Of a stretch of 20,224 bases of DNA, positions 1 to 10,870 are shown piece by piece. The position numbers and the translations under genes were made by a program. Within the stretch, counting starts at the first letter, position 1; each line of letters begins with the position of its first letter. This DNA is from Myxococcota bacterium. Its GTDB lineage: Bacteria > Myxococcota_A > UBA9042 > PHBI01 > JAWLBL01. The DNA is taken from assembly GCA_041687695.1 (NCBI GenBank), contig JAWLBL010000012.1, forward strand, positions 156,324-176,547, in the 5' to 3' direction. The notes beneath the pieces were generated by a model that saw nothing but the letters and a program-made list of their open reading frames with translations, was not told where the DNA came from and did no database searches.

Positions 1-231
1 CGGGTCGTTGAACGACGTTACCGCGGAAACGTGTCCCTCGGGTCGGCAGGCCGGCGGGTCGTTGAACGACGTTACCGCGGAAACGTGTCCCTCGGGTCGG
101 CAGGCCGGCGGGTCGTTGAACGACGTTACCGCGGAAACGTGTCCCTCGGGTCGACAGGGTCGGCAGGCCGGCGGGTCGTTGAACGACGTTACCGCGGAAA
201 CGTGTCGCTCGGGTCGGCAGGCCGGCGGGTC
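1..231. repeat. Tandem array of 54-bp units (one 63-bp unit), each with the near-palindromic core CGTTACCGCGGAAACG; probably continues left of the window
   Basis: Unit cgggtcgttgaacgacgttaccgcggaaacgtgtccctcgggtcggcaggccgg. Cores at 16-31, 70-85, 124-139 and 187-202 (spacings 54, 54, 63). The array runs into the mrpE stop codon (230-232). Confidence 0.95.
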
Positions 232-718
232 AGTGGGGGCCGAAGGCGCGGATGACGCGGCGCTCGACGCGGGCCTTGAGGCGGCGGCGGAAGCCGTCGA
301 GGTCGTCGGGGTCGAGGTACATGGCGTGGACGTAGAGGAACCGGCGGTCGCGGGAGACGTCGAGGGAGACCGAGCCGGGGGTCAGGGTGACCAGGGTCGC
401 CAGGATGGTGATCTCGGCGTCGCTGCGGACGTCGAGGGGGACGGCGACGACGCCGGGGCGCATGCGGTGACGGGGCGTGATGACGTCGTAGGCGACGCGC
501 AGGGAGGCGAGGACGAGGTCCCAGGCGAAGACCGCGAGCAGGATGGCGAAGTGGCGGACGCGGGTGGCGTAGCCGGTCGAGCCGACGAGGGGCTCGAGGA
601 CCCACAGGACGGCGTAGCCGACGAGGAGGCCGACCATGAAGCTCTCGGCGGTCAGCTCGCCGCCGATGGCGACCCAGACGAAGGCGAGCAGGAGGTGGAT
701 GCTGAGGCTGCGGGTCAT
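230..718 (-). CDS. mrpE: Mrp/Mnh Na+/H+ antiporter subunit E (162 aa)
   Basis: Starts [15 protein letters not shown], with the ATG overlapping the mrpD stop (ATGA). Motifs [22 protein letters not shown] and LYVHAM are typical of MrpE. Confidence 0.9.
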   Translation of the reverse strand: MTRSLSIHLLLAFVWVAIGGELTAESFMVGLLVGYAVLWVLEPLVGSTGYATRVRHFAILLAVFAWDLVLASLRVAYDVITPRHRMRPGVVAVPLDVRSDAEITILATLVTLTPGSVSLDVSRDRRFLYVHAMYLDPDDLDGFRRRLKARVERRVIRAFGPH

Positions 719-2244
719 CGGGGGACCCCCTTGGGGCCCAGGACGGCCTGGAGGTAGGCGGTAGGATCGCGCAGCTCGTCGGCGGCGGCGCGGGCGATGT
801 CGACCAGGGGCTCGGCGAACAGGCCGACGAGGACGGTCAGGGCCGCGAGGGCGGCCGTGGGGAGGACGAGCGCGAGGGGGACGGGGCGGCCGGTGGGTCC
901 GGTGGCGAGCGGCGGGGCGACCGGGTGGGGGGCGAGGAAGGCCTTGACCCAGATCTTGGTCATGGACAGCAGCGTCAGCAGGCTGACCAGCACGGCCACC
1001 GCGACGATGGTCCACTGGCGGGCCTCGAGGCCGGCGCCGAGCACCAGGAGCTTGCCCCAAAAGCCCGACAGCGGGGGGATGCCGGCCAGGGCCAGGGCGG
1101 GGACCAGGAAGAGCGCGGCCAGGGCGGGCCGGTGGGCGTACAGGCCGCCGATGCGCGACAGGTCGTAGCTGCCGGCGGCGCGGCGGATGAGGCCGCTGAC
1201 CAGGAAGAGGCAGCTCTTGGCCAGGATGTTGTGGACCATGAAGAAGATGGCGGCGAGCAGGCCCAGGCGGGTGTCGAGGGCGAGCCCGAAGACGATGTAG
1301 CCGATCTGGCTGATGATGTGGAACGACAGCAGGCGCCGCAGATCGTTCTGGGCCACGGCGCCGAGGACGCCGGTGAGCATGGTCAGGGCGGCGGCGACGG
1401 CCAGGAGATCGTGGGTGAAGGCGACGTCCTGCCGGAAGAGCAGGGTGAAGGTGCGGATGAGGGCGTAGGTGCCGACCTTGGTCAGCATGCCGGCGAAGGC
1501 GGCGGTGGTCGCGACCGGGGCGGCGGGGTAGGAGGCGGGGAGCCAGAAGAAGAGCGGGAAGAGGGCCGCCTTGATGCCGAAGGCGCCCATGAACAGGACC
1601 GAGGTCGCCGTGACCAGGGCCGGCGTCTCGGCGCGGCGCAGGGCCAGGGCGAGGTCGGCCATGTTGAGCGTGCCGGTCATGCCGTAGACCAGACCGACGC
1701 CGATGAGGAGCAGCAGCGAGGCGACGAGGCTGAGGACCAGGTACTTGAGCGCGCCCTGCAGCTGCGCACGCGTCGGGCGCCCCTTCGGCCCGAACAGCAG
1801 CAGGACGAAGGAGCCCATCAAGAGCACCTCGAACCAGACGTAGAGATCGAAGAGATCGCCGGCGAGGTAGCTGCCGCAGACGCCGAGCACCATCAGGTGC
1901 AAGAGGGGCTGGAAGCCGATGGTCACCTCGCGGTCATCCAGATCGATCGCGGCGTAGGCCGAGGTGGCCAGGCCGATGACGCCGGTGACGACCAGCATCA
2001 GCGCGCTCAGGTGGTCGGCGACCAGCGTGATGCCAAAGGGCGCCGGCCAGCCACCGACCTGCGTCGCGATGGGCCCGTGGGCGCGCACCAGGGCCAGCAG
2101 CCACACGGCGACGGCCAGCAGCAGCGCCATGCCGCCGACGCCGAACAGCCGCCGCAGCCAGGGCAGGCGCCCGGCGACGAGCGACAGCACCGCCGCGATG
2201 AGCGGGATGAGCAGCGGCGCGGCGAGCAGGCTCTCGGGCCTCAT
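715..2244 (-). CDS. mrpD: Mrp/Mnh antiporter subunit D (509 aa)
   Basis: Starts MRPESLL, coupled by ATGA to the mrpC stop. Motifs GGWPAPFGITLVAD, DLFDLYVWFEVLL, GIKAALFPLFFWLPASY, LLSFHIISQIGY and GIPPLSGFWGK. Confidence 0.93.
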   Translation of the reverse strand: MRPESLLAAPLLIPLIAAVLSLVAGRLPWLRRLFGVGGMALLLAVAVWLLALVRAHGPIATQVGGWPAPFGITLVADHLSALMLVVTGVIGLATSAYAAIDLDDREVTIGFQPLLHLMVLGVCGSYLAGDLFDLYVWFEVLLMGSFVLLLFGPKGRPTRAQLQGALKYLVLSLVASLLLLIGVGLVYGMTGTLNMADLALALRRAETPALVTATSVLFMGAFGIKAALFPLFFWLPASYPAAPVATTAAFAGMLTKVGTYALIRTFTLLFRQDVAFTHDLLAVAAALTMLTGVLGAVAQNDLRRLLSFHIISQIGYIVFGLALDTRLGLLAAIFFMVHNILAKSCLFLVSGLIRRAAGSYDLSRIGGLYAHRPALAALFLVPALALAGIPPLSGFWGKLLVLGAGLEARQWTIVAVAVLVSLLTLLSMTKIWVKAFLAPHPVAPPLATGPTGRPVPLALVLPTAALAALTVLVGLFAEPLVDIARAAADELRDPTAYLQAVLGPKGVPR

Positions 2245-2651
2245 GGGGGCGCCTCGTCGGCGTCGGCCTGGTCCGCGGTCTCGAGCCCGCCCGAGACCTG
2301 GCCGTCGGGGGGGCGGTCGTCGAGCTGGTCGACGTCCCATGTGCCCTCGACGTCCTCGACGCGCTTGAGCAGCACCATCGTGAAGGTCAGCAGGCCGAAG
2401 CTGATGACCAGCGCGGTCAGGATGAGCGCTTGCGGCAGCGGGTTGGCGAAGGGCTGCGTGAGGGCCGTCTGGTCCGGCGGGATGATGGCCGGGCCGCCTC
2501 GGGTCACGCGGCCCATCGCGAAGAGCAGCAGGTTGACGGCGTTGGTGCCGAGCATCAGGCCCATGAGGATGCGCACCATGTTGCGCTGCAACAAAAGGTG
2601 CACGGTCACGCCGAACAGCGCCCCGGTGAGCAGGACGAGCAGGGCGTTCAT
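2241..2651 (-). CDS. mrpC: Mrp/Mnh antiporter subunit C (136 aa)
   Basis: Starts MNALLVLL with an ATGA overlap. Motifs NAVNLLLF and NPLPQALILTALVISFG. Confidence 0.92.
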   Translation of the reverse strand: MNALLVLLTGALFGVTVHLLLQRNMVRILMGLMLGTNAVNLLLFAMGRVTRGGPAIIPPDQTALTQPFANPLPQALILTALVISFGLLTFTMVLLKRVEDVEGTWDVDQLDDRPPDGQVSGGLETADQADADEAPP

Positions 2652-3078
2652 CGGGGGCCCTCGGGGCCGGGGACCTCGTCGCGGGGCGCGAGGCCGAAGA
2701 CGCCGACCAGCAGGACGCCGACGACGACCAGGAAGATGCCGGTGTCGAAGAGGATGGGCGAGCCGAGCTTGATGAAGGCGTTTTCGAACCAGACGCCGGT
2801 CAGGAACGGCTCGCCGACCAGCGGGCCGACGAAGCCCGACAGGGCGACGAGGGCGACGCCGGCCCCGATGACCGGCCGCGGGCCGACGCGGGTCGCGCGG
2901 CGGACCTGGTCGGGGCCGAAGGCGAGGCCCTGCAGGACGAAGCCCGCGCCCGCCATGAGCCCGGCGATGAAGCCGCCGCCGGCCGCGTCGTGGCCGCGCA
3001 CCAGCAGGAGGACGGAGAGGACGAGGATGAGGGGCACCAGCAGGCGTGTTGCGGTGCAAAAGAGCAGGCTGCTCTGCA

Positions 3079-3082
<4 letters not shown>
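2648..3082 (-). CDS. mrpB: Mrp/Mnh antiporter subunit B (144 aa)
   Basis: Starts MMQSSLLF with an ATGA overlap and a GGAG RBS. Motifs RGHDAAGGGFIAGL and LFDTGIFLVVVG. Confidence 0.92.
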
Positions 3083-5384
<2,302 letters not shown>

Positions 5385-5388
<4 letters not shown>

Positions 5389-5759
5389 GGGGTGGGCGGC
5401 GCGGGCGGCTCGGGGGACGCGGGGGGCTCGGGCGGCGTGGGGTCGTGGCCGCGGAGCTCGTCGATCCAGGTGCCCTTCCACAGGGGGATGCGGGCGTAGT
5501 AGGTGGCGCGGGCGAGGACGTGGGCGCCGACGGGGCCGGTCAGGACGACGACGATGAGGAAGGCGACGGCGCGGCTGATGACGCCGAGCTGGGGGTGGAG
5601 GACGGCGATGGCGGCGGTGAGCAGGCCGGTGCCGAGGGTGGCGGCCTTGGTGGCCGCGTGCATGCGGGTGAGGACGTCGGGCAGGCGGACGATGCCGAGG
5701 GCGCTGACCGCCATGAAGGCGGCGCCGGCGAGGACGAGGAGGGCGCCGAGGGTCTCCAT
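5385..5759 (-). CDS. mrpG: Mrp/Mnh antiporter subunit G (124 aa)
   Basis: Starts METLGALL. Motifs GIVRLPDVLTRMHAATKAATLG and GPVGAHVLARA, followed by a Pro-rich tail. Confidence 0.92.
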
Positions 5760-5767
5760 GGCGGGGT

Positions 5768-6091
5768 TCAGTCCGGGTTCCCGGGGGGCGGGTCGTCGTC
5801 GCGGCGGCGGGGCGCGGCGCCGACCAGGACGGAGCGGGCGACGGCGACGGTGCTGAGGAAGGCGACGGCGGCGAGGACCAGGGCGGCGTCGATGAGCTCG
5901 GGCTGCCCGATGGCGAGGCCGTAGACGATGATGAAGCCGATGGTCTGGTAGGCGGCGTTGTCGAGGGCGATGACGCGGTCGGGCAGGCTGGGGCCGAGGA
6001 CGAGGCGGGCCAGCGAGAGCGCGAGGCCGACGCTGAGGGCGACGAAGGCGACGCTCATCGCCCAGCCGAGGAGGCCTTCTCCGAGCTCCAT
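5768..6091 (-). CDS. mrpF: Mrp/Mnh antiporter subunit F (107 aa)
   Basis: GGAG RBS upstream of the ATG. Motifs RLVLGPSLPDRVIALD and AFLSTVAVAR; three hydrophobic segments. Confidence 0.9.
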   Translation of the reverse strand: MELGEGLLGWAMSVAFVALSVGLALSLARLVLGPSLPDRVIALDNAAYQTIGFIIVYGLAIGQPELIDAALVLAAVAFLSTVAVARSVLVGAAPRRRDDDPPPGNPD

Positions 6092-6169
6092 GAGGGCTCC
6101 AGGGGGCGGCGGGGGGCGTGGGAGGAGGGCCCGAGGGCCTGCGCGGGGCAGCCGGCTCGGGACGACTCC

Positions 6170-6178
6170 AACCTAGCA
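6170..6178 (-). promoter_or_regulatory. Possible extended -10 element (TGcTAGGTT) upstream of mrpF
   Basis: The minus strand reads gcggTGcTAGGTTggag about 80 nt upstream of the mrpF ATG. No clear -35. Confidence 0.3.
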
Positions 6179-6221
6179 CCGCTTGCGGCGACGCAGGAGA
6201 GAGGGGGCGTGGGGCCGCGGT

Positions 6222-7892
6222 TCAGCCGAGCCGCAAGAGCCCCAGCGCCAGCGCTTCGCGGACCTCGGGGGCGTCCTCGGGGTGCGCGGCGAAGAACGTG
6301 GACGTGGGCGGGGTGGCGCGCGCGGCGCCGAGCACCCGGGCCATCGCGGCGGTCAGGGCGACCAGCTCGACGCGATGGGCGCTGGGGCGGACCGCCAGGG
6401 TGGTGGGGCGCATGGGCGCTCGCAGGGCGACGTCCTCGAGCACTGCCAGGCCCGAGGTCAGGGGGTCCACCGCGGTCAGCGCTCGCCCGGTCAGGTGCCG
6501 CCGCAGGGCGCCCGCCGCGTGCAGCAGCTCGCTGGGGTCGGTCGGGAACATTCCCAGCCGGACGCCTGTCCCGAGGCCCACGTGGCCGGGCGGCGGCTCG
6601 GGCGGCGGGGCGGACTGAAGGGTCTGCTGGGCCCAGGTCTCGAGCGCCAGCGCCGCCAGCGCCCCGGCGCGCCGCTCGGCGACCAGCCGCCGCCGCGCCC
6701 AGCGCCCGAAGCGGGCCGTCAGGGGCAGCGCCCGCCCCTCGAAGCCGTCTCGAAGCTCGCGCGAGGCCGAAAAAGCCAGCAGCTCGTCGCGCCCTGGCGC
6801 CGCCATCAGCCGCGTCAGCGGCCACGCGCGGTCCAGCCGGTCGGCCAGCACGGTCAGCCGATAGTCCGTCTCGGCGCGGCTCGCGGCTGGGTCCTCGGGG
6901 TCCTCGGACCCGCTGAAGGTCGCGTCGAACAGCGCCCAGCACGCCGCCGCGTCCAACGCCGTGGTGGCCGCATCGTCTGATGGCGGGCCCACCTCGGGCG
7001 TCCGGGCCGCATCGGTCACCTCGCGCTCGCGCGGCACCAGCGGGCGCAGACGCTCGAGCGTCACCAGGGCCAGCGCGTCCGGGTGCCCGTCGCCCTCGAA
7101 GGTGACCGCGCGCAGCCTCGGGCACGCCGCCACCAGCCGCTCGAGCAGCCCGAACAGCTCCTCGCGCACCGGCAACGAGTGGTCGTCGACGTACACGGCC
7201 CGGGGGCCGTGGCGCGTCACCACGCCGCCCGCCAGGTGGATCTCGACCACGGCGTCCAGCGGCAGCCGCTCGAGCCCGTCGTCCAGCGCCACGCCGCGTG
7301 CCAGCTGGTGGCTGAGCAGATGCCCCAGGTCCAGGACCAGCCCGCAGCCGGTCCGCTGGTGCAGCGCCGCCATGAAGTCGACGACGTGAAGCGGCCCGCG
7401 CAGGGCGAAGAAGGCCGGGTTCTCGAGCAGCAGCGGCACCGACACGCGCGCCTGCACGTGCAGCGCGTGACGGACACAGTCGGCCAGCGCCCGTTCGGTC
7501 AGCGGCGGGCTCAGGTAGACGTACCCGGGGAACATCTCGCCGCCCGCGTGCCACCAGGCCACGTCGTTGCCGACCCACGGCGAGCCGACCGCGGTCAGGT
7601 GCCGATCGAGCGCCTCGAGCCGCGCCTCGGGCTCGAGCTCGGGCCCCCACAGGTTCAGGTGCACCGGGTGGAACAGGGCCGGGACCTCGGCCCGCCGCGC
7701 CCACATCGTCTCGAACAGGGTCGCCTCGCGCCGCGCCTCGTCCACGTCGAGCGGGGCGCTGTACTCGACGAAGTCGAAGGCCCCCGGCCGCGCGTCCAGC
7801 AGGCGATAGGGCTGCGGCAGGTCCGTCCGCTGCAGGTTCGTGCTGATCCCCAGCCCCAGCCAGGGCAGCCCGGCCCGCGCGGCCGCGCTCAC
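6222..7892 (-). CDS. DUF692-family (MNIO, MbnB/TglH-like) multinuclear iron oxidative enzyme with a ~250-aa C-terminal extension (556 aa)
   Basis: GTG start overlaps the upstream stop (GTGA). The motif order DFVE, FHPVHLNL, SPWVGND, PLLLENP, LVLDLGH, VEIHLAGG, VDDHS, VTFEGD matches the DUF692 TIM barrel. Confidence 0.82.
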   Translation of the reverse strand: MSAAARAGLPWLGLGISTNLQRTDLPQPYRLLDARPGAFDFVEYSAPLDVDEARREATLFETMWARRAEVPALFHPVHLNLWGPELEPEARLEALDRHLTAVGSPWVGNDVAWWHAGGEMFPGYVYLSPPLTERALADCVRHALHVQARVSVPLLLENPAFFALRGPLHVVDFMAALHQRTGCGLVLDLGHLLSHQLARGVALDDGLERLPLDAVVEIHLAGGVVTRHGPRAVYVDDHSLPVREELFGLLERLVAACPRLRAVTFEGDGHPDALALVTLERLRPLVPREREVTDAARTPEVGPPSDDAATTALDAAACWALFDATFSGSEDPEDPAASRAETDYRLTVLADRLDRAWPLTRLMAAPGRDELLAFSASRELRDGFEGRALPLTARFGRWARRRLVAERRAGALAALALETWAQQTLQSAPPPEPPPGHVGLGTGVRLGMFPTDPSELLHAAGALRRHLTGRALTAVDPLTSGLAVLEDVALRAPMRPTTLAVRPSAHRVELVALTAAMARVLGAARATPPTSTFFAAHPEDAPEVREALALGLLRLG

Positions 7893-8566
7893 GGGGCGCT
7901 CGCGAGCCGCGCCTCGACGGCGTCGAGGACGTCGATGGTCCGGCGCTCGTCGTCGCCCACGACGATGACCATGGTCGTCGAGCGGACGCCCCAGAGCAGG
8001 CCTGCGACCTCCTCGCCCGAGTGGAGCTTCACGACGACCTGCCGGCCGGTCCAGTCTGCGACGGTCTTCAGGGCCGCGTCCATCAGCTCCATCGAGCCCA
8101 TCGGGATCGCGGTCACGGGCTTCGCCTCGGGCGGCGGCGTCGGCTCGGCCGGGGTGGCCGGCGTCTGGGTCGGCGCCGCGGGAGTCACCGCAGGCGCCAC
8201 CGCGACCGGGGGGCCGTCGGGCGAGACGCAGCGTCGCTTCTCACAGATGCGGTCGCCCTTGCAGTCGGTGTCCTTGCTGCAGCCGCTGCCCACCGAGGTC
8301 GTGGGGCGCGCCGAGCTGGCCGCGACGTTTCGCGCTTCGCAGTGGCAGGACTCCACCGTGGCCGTGTTGAGCCCTTGGTGGACCGCTCCGGTCGAGATGC
8401 CGGCCATCACCATGCCCTTGGCGGAGCAGATGCGATGGCAACGCTCCGCGGTCATGCCGCACCCGACCGTGGCGAGCGCCGCCAGGGAGAGCGTGACCAG
8501 CGCCAGCGCCCTCAGGCTGGGAATGGTGGCCGGACGCGGAGAGATGAAACGCTTGGAATGGGCCAT
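7889..8566 (-). CDS. Cys-rich lipoprotein with a Pro/Ala/Thr linker and a small C-terminal beta domain, possibly Sm/LSm-like (225 aa)
   Basis: GAGGA RBS before MAHSK; lipobox LATVG-C; 9 Cys including CHRIC, CHC and CSKDTDCKGDRICEKRRC. C-terminus GRQVVVKLHSGEEVAGLL. Confidence 0.75.
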   Translation of the reverse strand: MAHSKRFISPRPATIPSLRALALVTLSLAALATVGCGMTAERCHRICSAKGMVMAGISTGAVHQGLNTATVESCHCEARNVAASSARPTTSVGSGCSKDTDCKGDRICEKRRCVSPDGPPVAVAPAVTPAAPTQTPATPAEPTPPPEAKPVTAIPMGSMELMDAALKTVADWTGRQVVVKLHSGEEVAGLLWGVRSTTMVIVVGDDERRTIDVLDAVEARLASAP

Positions 8567-8732
8567 GGGATCCTCGGTGCACACAAGGCCGCGACCATAG
8601 CCCACCCCCTGCGCCTCCTACAACGCCGCCGTCCGTGGTTCAGCGCCGCCGTCGACACCGACGCCAGCGGCGGGGACGCGTCCGTGCCCGTGTGTCGAGG
8701 CCCCTCCCCCCTGTCCTCCCAGGAGAACCGCC

Positions 8733-9662
8733 ATGCGCCTGTTCTTCGCGGCGCTGCTGGCCGCCTCCGGCCCCCTCGCCGCCTGCGAGAGCGACGACGG
8801 CATCGACCTGATCGTCGACGCCACCGACACGACCCCCGGCGCGGACGTCATCGACGGCGACGCGGACGCCCTGGACGATGCGCTCGCCGACACCGGCGAA
8901 GACGCCGCGGACGCCGACGACGACCTCGTGGACGCCGACGTGGACGTCGCGGACACCGACGACGACGCGACGGACGCCGACGATGTCGACGACGACGCGA
9001 CGGCCCGCCCCGTGCAGGCCTCGTGGAGCTTCACCGAGGGCCGCCAGGGCTGGCTCGTCGGCGTCAGCGACTATTCGCCCGGTCAAGAGAGCTCCATCGA
9101 CTTCACGGCCCGCCTGCGCGACCTGCCGCGCGAGCTGGACGCGGTCGGCACGGGCCTGTACCTCGAGGGCACCAACGTCTCGGACGATCTGTTCATGTTC
9201 CTCGAGCGCGAGCTCGGCCGCGCCGACGGCCTCGTCCCCGGCCAGGCCTACACGGTGACCTTCCGCCTGCGCTTCGCCTCGAACGCCCCCAGCGGCTGCA
9301 TCGGCATCGGCGGCGCGCCCGGCGAGTCGGTCTACCTCAAGGCCGGCGCCAGCCCCGCCGACCCGCAGGTGGTCTTCGACCCCGTCCAGGACCTGTTCGT
9401 GATGAACGTCGACAAGGGCAACCAATCCCAAGGCGGCCCGGCCGCCAGCGTCGTCGGCGACATCGCCAATGGCGTCCCGTGCGACGAGGCCCTGCCCGAC
9501 CCCGAGTACGTCACGCTGACCCGCGTCCACACCCACGAGCGCCCCGTCACCGCAGACGCCGAGGGCCGGCTGTGGCTGCTCGTCGGCACCGACTCGGGCT
9601 TCGAGGGCCCGACCGGCCTGTACTACCAGGCGATCTCGGTCACGCTCGAACCCGTCCGCTGA
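8733..9662 (+). CDS. Lipoprotein with an Asp-rich linker and a C-terminal globular beta-rich domain of unknown function (309 aa)
   Basis: AGGAG RBS; lipobox PLAA-C; ~70-aa D/A-rich tract. Globular part contains NVSDDLFMFL, GCIGIGGAPGESVYLKAGA, MNVDKGNQS and LWLLVGTDSGFEG. GC3-biased codons. Confidence 0.85.
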   Translation: MRLFFAALLAASGPLAACESDDGIDLIVDATDTTPGADVIDGDADALDDALADTGEDAADADDDLVDADVDVADTDDDATDADDVDDDATARPVQASWSFTEGRQGWLVGVSDYSPGQESSIDFTARLRDLPRELDAVGTGLYLEGTNVSDDLFMFLERELGRADGLVPGQAYTVTFRLRFASNAPSGCIGIGGAPGESVYLKAGASPADPQVVFDPVQDLFVMNVDKGNQSQGGPAASVVGDIANGVPCDEALPDPEYVTLTRVHTHERPVTADAEGRLWLLVGTDSGFEGPTGLYYQAISVTLEPVR

Positions 9663-9668
9663 CCGCCC

Positions 9669-9730
9669 CCCGGCGCGCGGCCCGGCCAACATCCGCGAAA
9701 CATCCGGTTGCCGGGCCGCGCGACGCCGGG
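9669..9730. terminator. GC-rich imperfect hairpin after the 8733-9662 gene (possible terminator or stabiliser, no U-tract)
   Basis: Arm cccggcgcgcggcccggccaac (9669-9690) pairs with gttgccgggccgcgcgacgccggg (9707-9730) with small bulges. Confidence 0.45.
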
Positions 9731-9737
9731 CTACAGT
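9708..9737 (+). promoter_or_regulatory. Possible sigma70-type promoter TTGCCG-N18-TACAGT for the tandem paralog pair
   Basis: TTGCCG at 9708-9713 and TACAGT at 9732-9737. GGGAG RBS at 9760-9764 precedes the GTG at 9773. Confidence 0.35.
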
Positions 9738-9772
9738 GACGCGATCCCTCGTGCCTCCCGGGAGCTCGCGTC

Positions 9773-10870
9773 GTGAAAACAATCGCCACGGCAGGCCTGC
9801 TGGCCGCCGCGTCCTTCGTGCTGGTCCCCCTCCGACCCGCCGTCGCCTGCTCGCCCCCGGGCGCTTGGCTGCATCGGACCGCGCAACCCGCAGAGGGCGC
9901 CATCGGCGTCCCCACCAACGCCGAGGTGCGCGTCTCGTACATAGGGTGCCTCGACGAGCTGGGCAACGCCCAGGTCCAGCCCGCGCTCGAGACGGCCGCG
10001 GGCGAGGCGGTCGCGGTCACCGTCGAGAAGGTCGAGGACAGCCTCGTCTTCGGCCGCCTGAGCTTCGTGCTGCGCCCCACGGCGCCGCTGACGCCCGAGA
10101 CCGAGTACCGGGTCGTCGACGGGCTGGACCTCGGCGACGAGGGTGACCTCCAATGCTTCGAGCTGGCGCAGGCGGGCTCGGGCACGGCGCCGCCGCTCAA
10201 TACCTTCACGACCGGCGCCGGCCCCGACACGAGCCCCCCGACCTTCGCCGGCGCGACCGGCGCGGTCGTCAGCGACGACGCCTGCGACGACAGCGCCTGC
10301 TGCGGGCCCTACTTCGTCCAGCGGGTCCAGCTGTCCTACGCGCCCGCGACCGACGACGTGCTGCCGGTCGAGCTGCGCTACCACGTGTACGCCCAGGGGC
10401 AGGACCAACCGCTGGTGCGCTACACCCAGGCCCCCGTGGGCATCGCTTGCGGCAGCGACCCCCTGAGCCCCTGGGACGGCTTCACGGTGCCGCCCGGCGC
10501 GACCGCCGCGCTGTACCTCCGCGCCGTCGACCTCGCTGGCAACGTGGCCGGCCCCACGACGCCGGTGTCGGTGGCGATCGACTGCGATCCCGACCCCATC
10601 GCCGAGCCCGGCCCCGAGCCCACGGTCGAACCCGGCCCCGAGGCGACCGCCGAGCCCGGCCCGGTCGCCGAGGACCAGCCCGACGCCGGCAGCACGCCCG
10701 ACGTGGGCGCCGAAGCCGACACCGCGCCCGACGCCGGCCCGCCATCAGACGCCAAGGGCTCTGGATGTGGTGCCGCCAGCTCGGGCCCGCTGGCCGGGCT
10801 GCTCGCGCTGCTGGCCCTTGCGGCAAGCCGCCGCCGTACGCGTTCCGCGCGTTCGCCGAGCGCCCCATGA
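9773..10870 (+). CDS. Exported Ig-like (Big_5/SbsA-like) domain protein with a MYXO-CTERM-like sorting tail, paralog 1 (365 aa)
   Basis: Signal peptide ending AVA-C. Ig-like signature PAEGAIGVPTN...LRPTAPLTPETEYRV...FTTG, an EPGPE linker, and the tail GSGCGAA-hydrophobic-RRR. Confidence 0.85.
   Translation: MKTIATAGLLAAASFVLVPLRPAVACSPPGAWLHRTAQPAEGAIGVPTNAEVRVSYIGCLDELGNAQVQPALETAAGEAVAVTVEKVEDSLVFGRLSFVLRPTAPLTPETEYRVVDGLDLGDEGDLQCFELAQAGSGTAPPLNTFTTGAGPDTSPPTFAGATGAVVSDDACDDSACCGPYFVQRVQLSYAPATDDVLPVELRYHVYAQGQDQPLVRYTQAPVGIACGSDPLSPWDGFTVPPGATAALYLRAVDLAGNVAGPTTPVSVAIDCDPDPIAEPGPEPTVEPGPEATAEPGPVAEDQPDAGSTPDVGAEADTAPDAGPPSDAKGSGCGAASSGPLAGLLALLALAASRRRTRSARSPSAP

Noticed and set aside
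1..231. CRISPR array, or the coding ORFs 8..757 and 31..255
   Set aside because: Units are near-identical with no unique spacers. The ORFs stay open only because unit lengths are multiples of 3 and then run antisense to mrpE.
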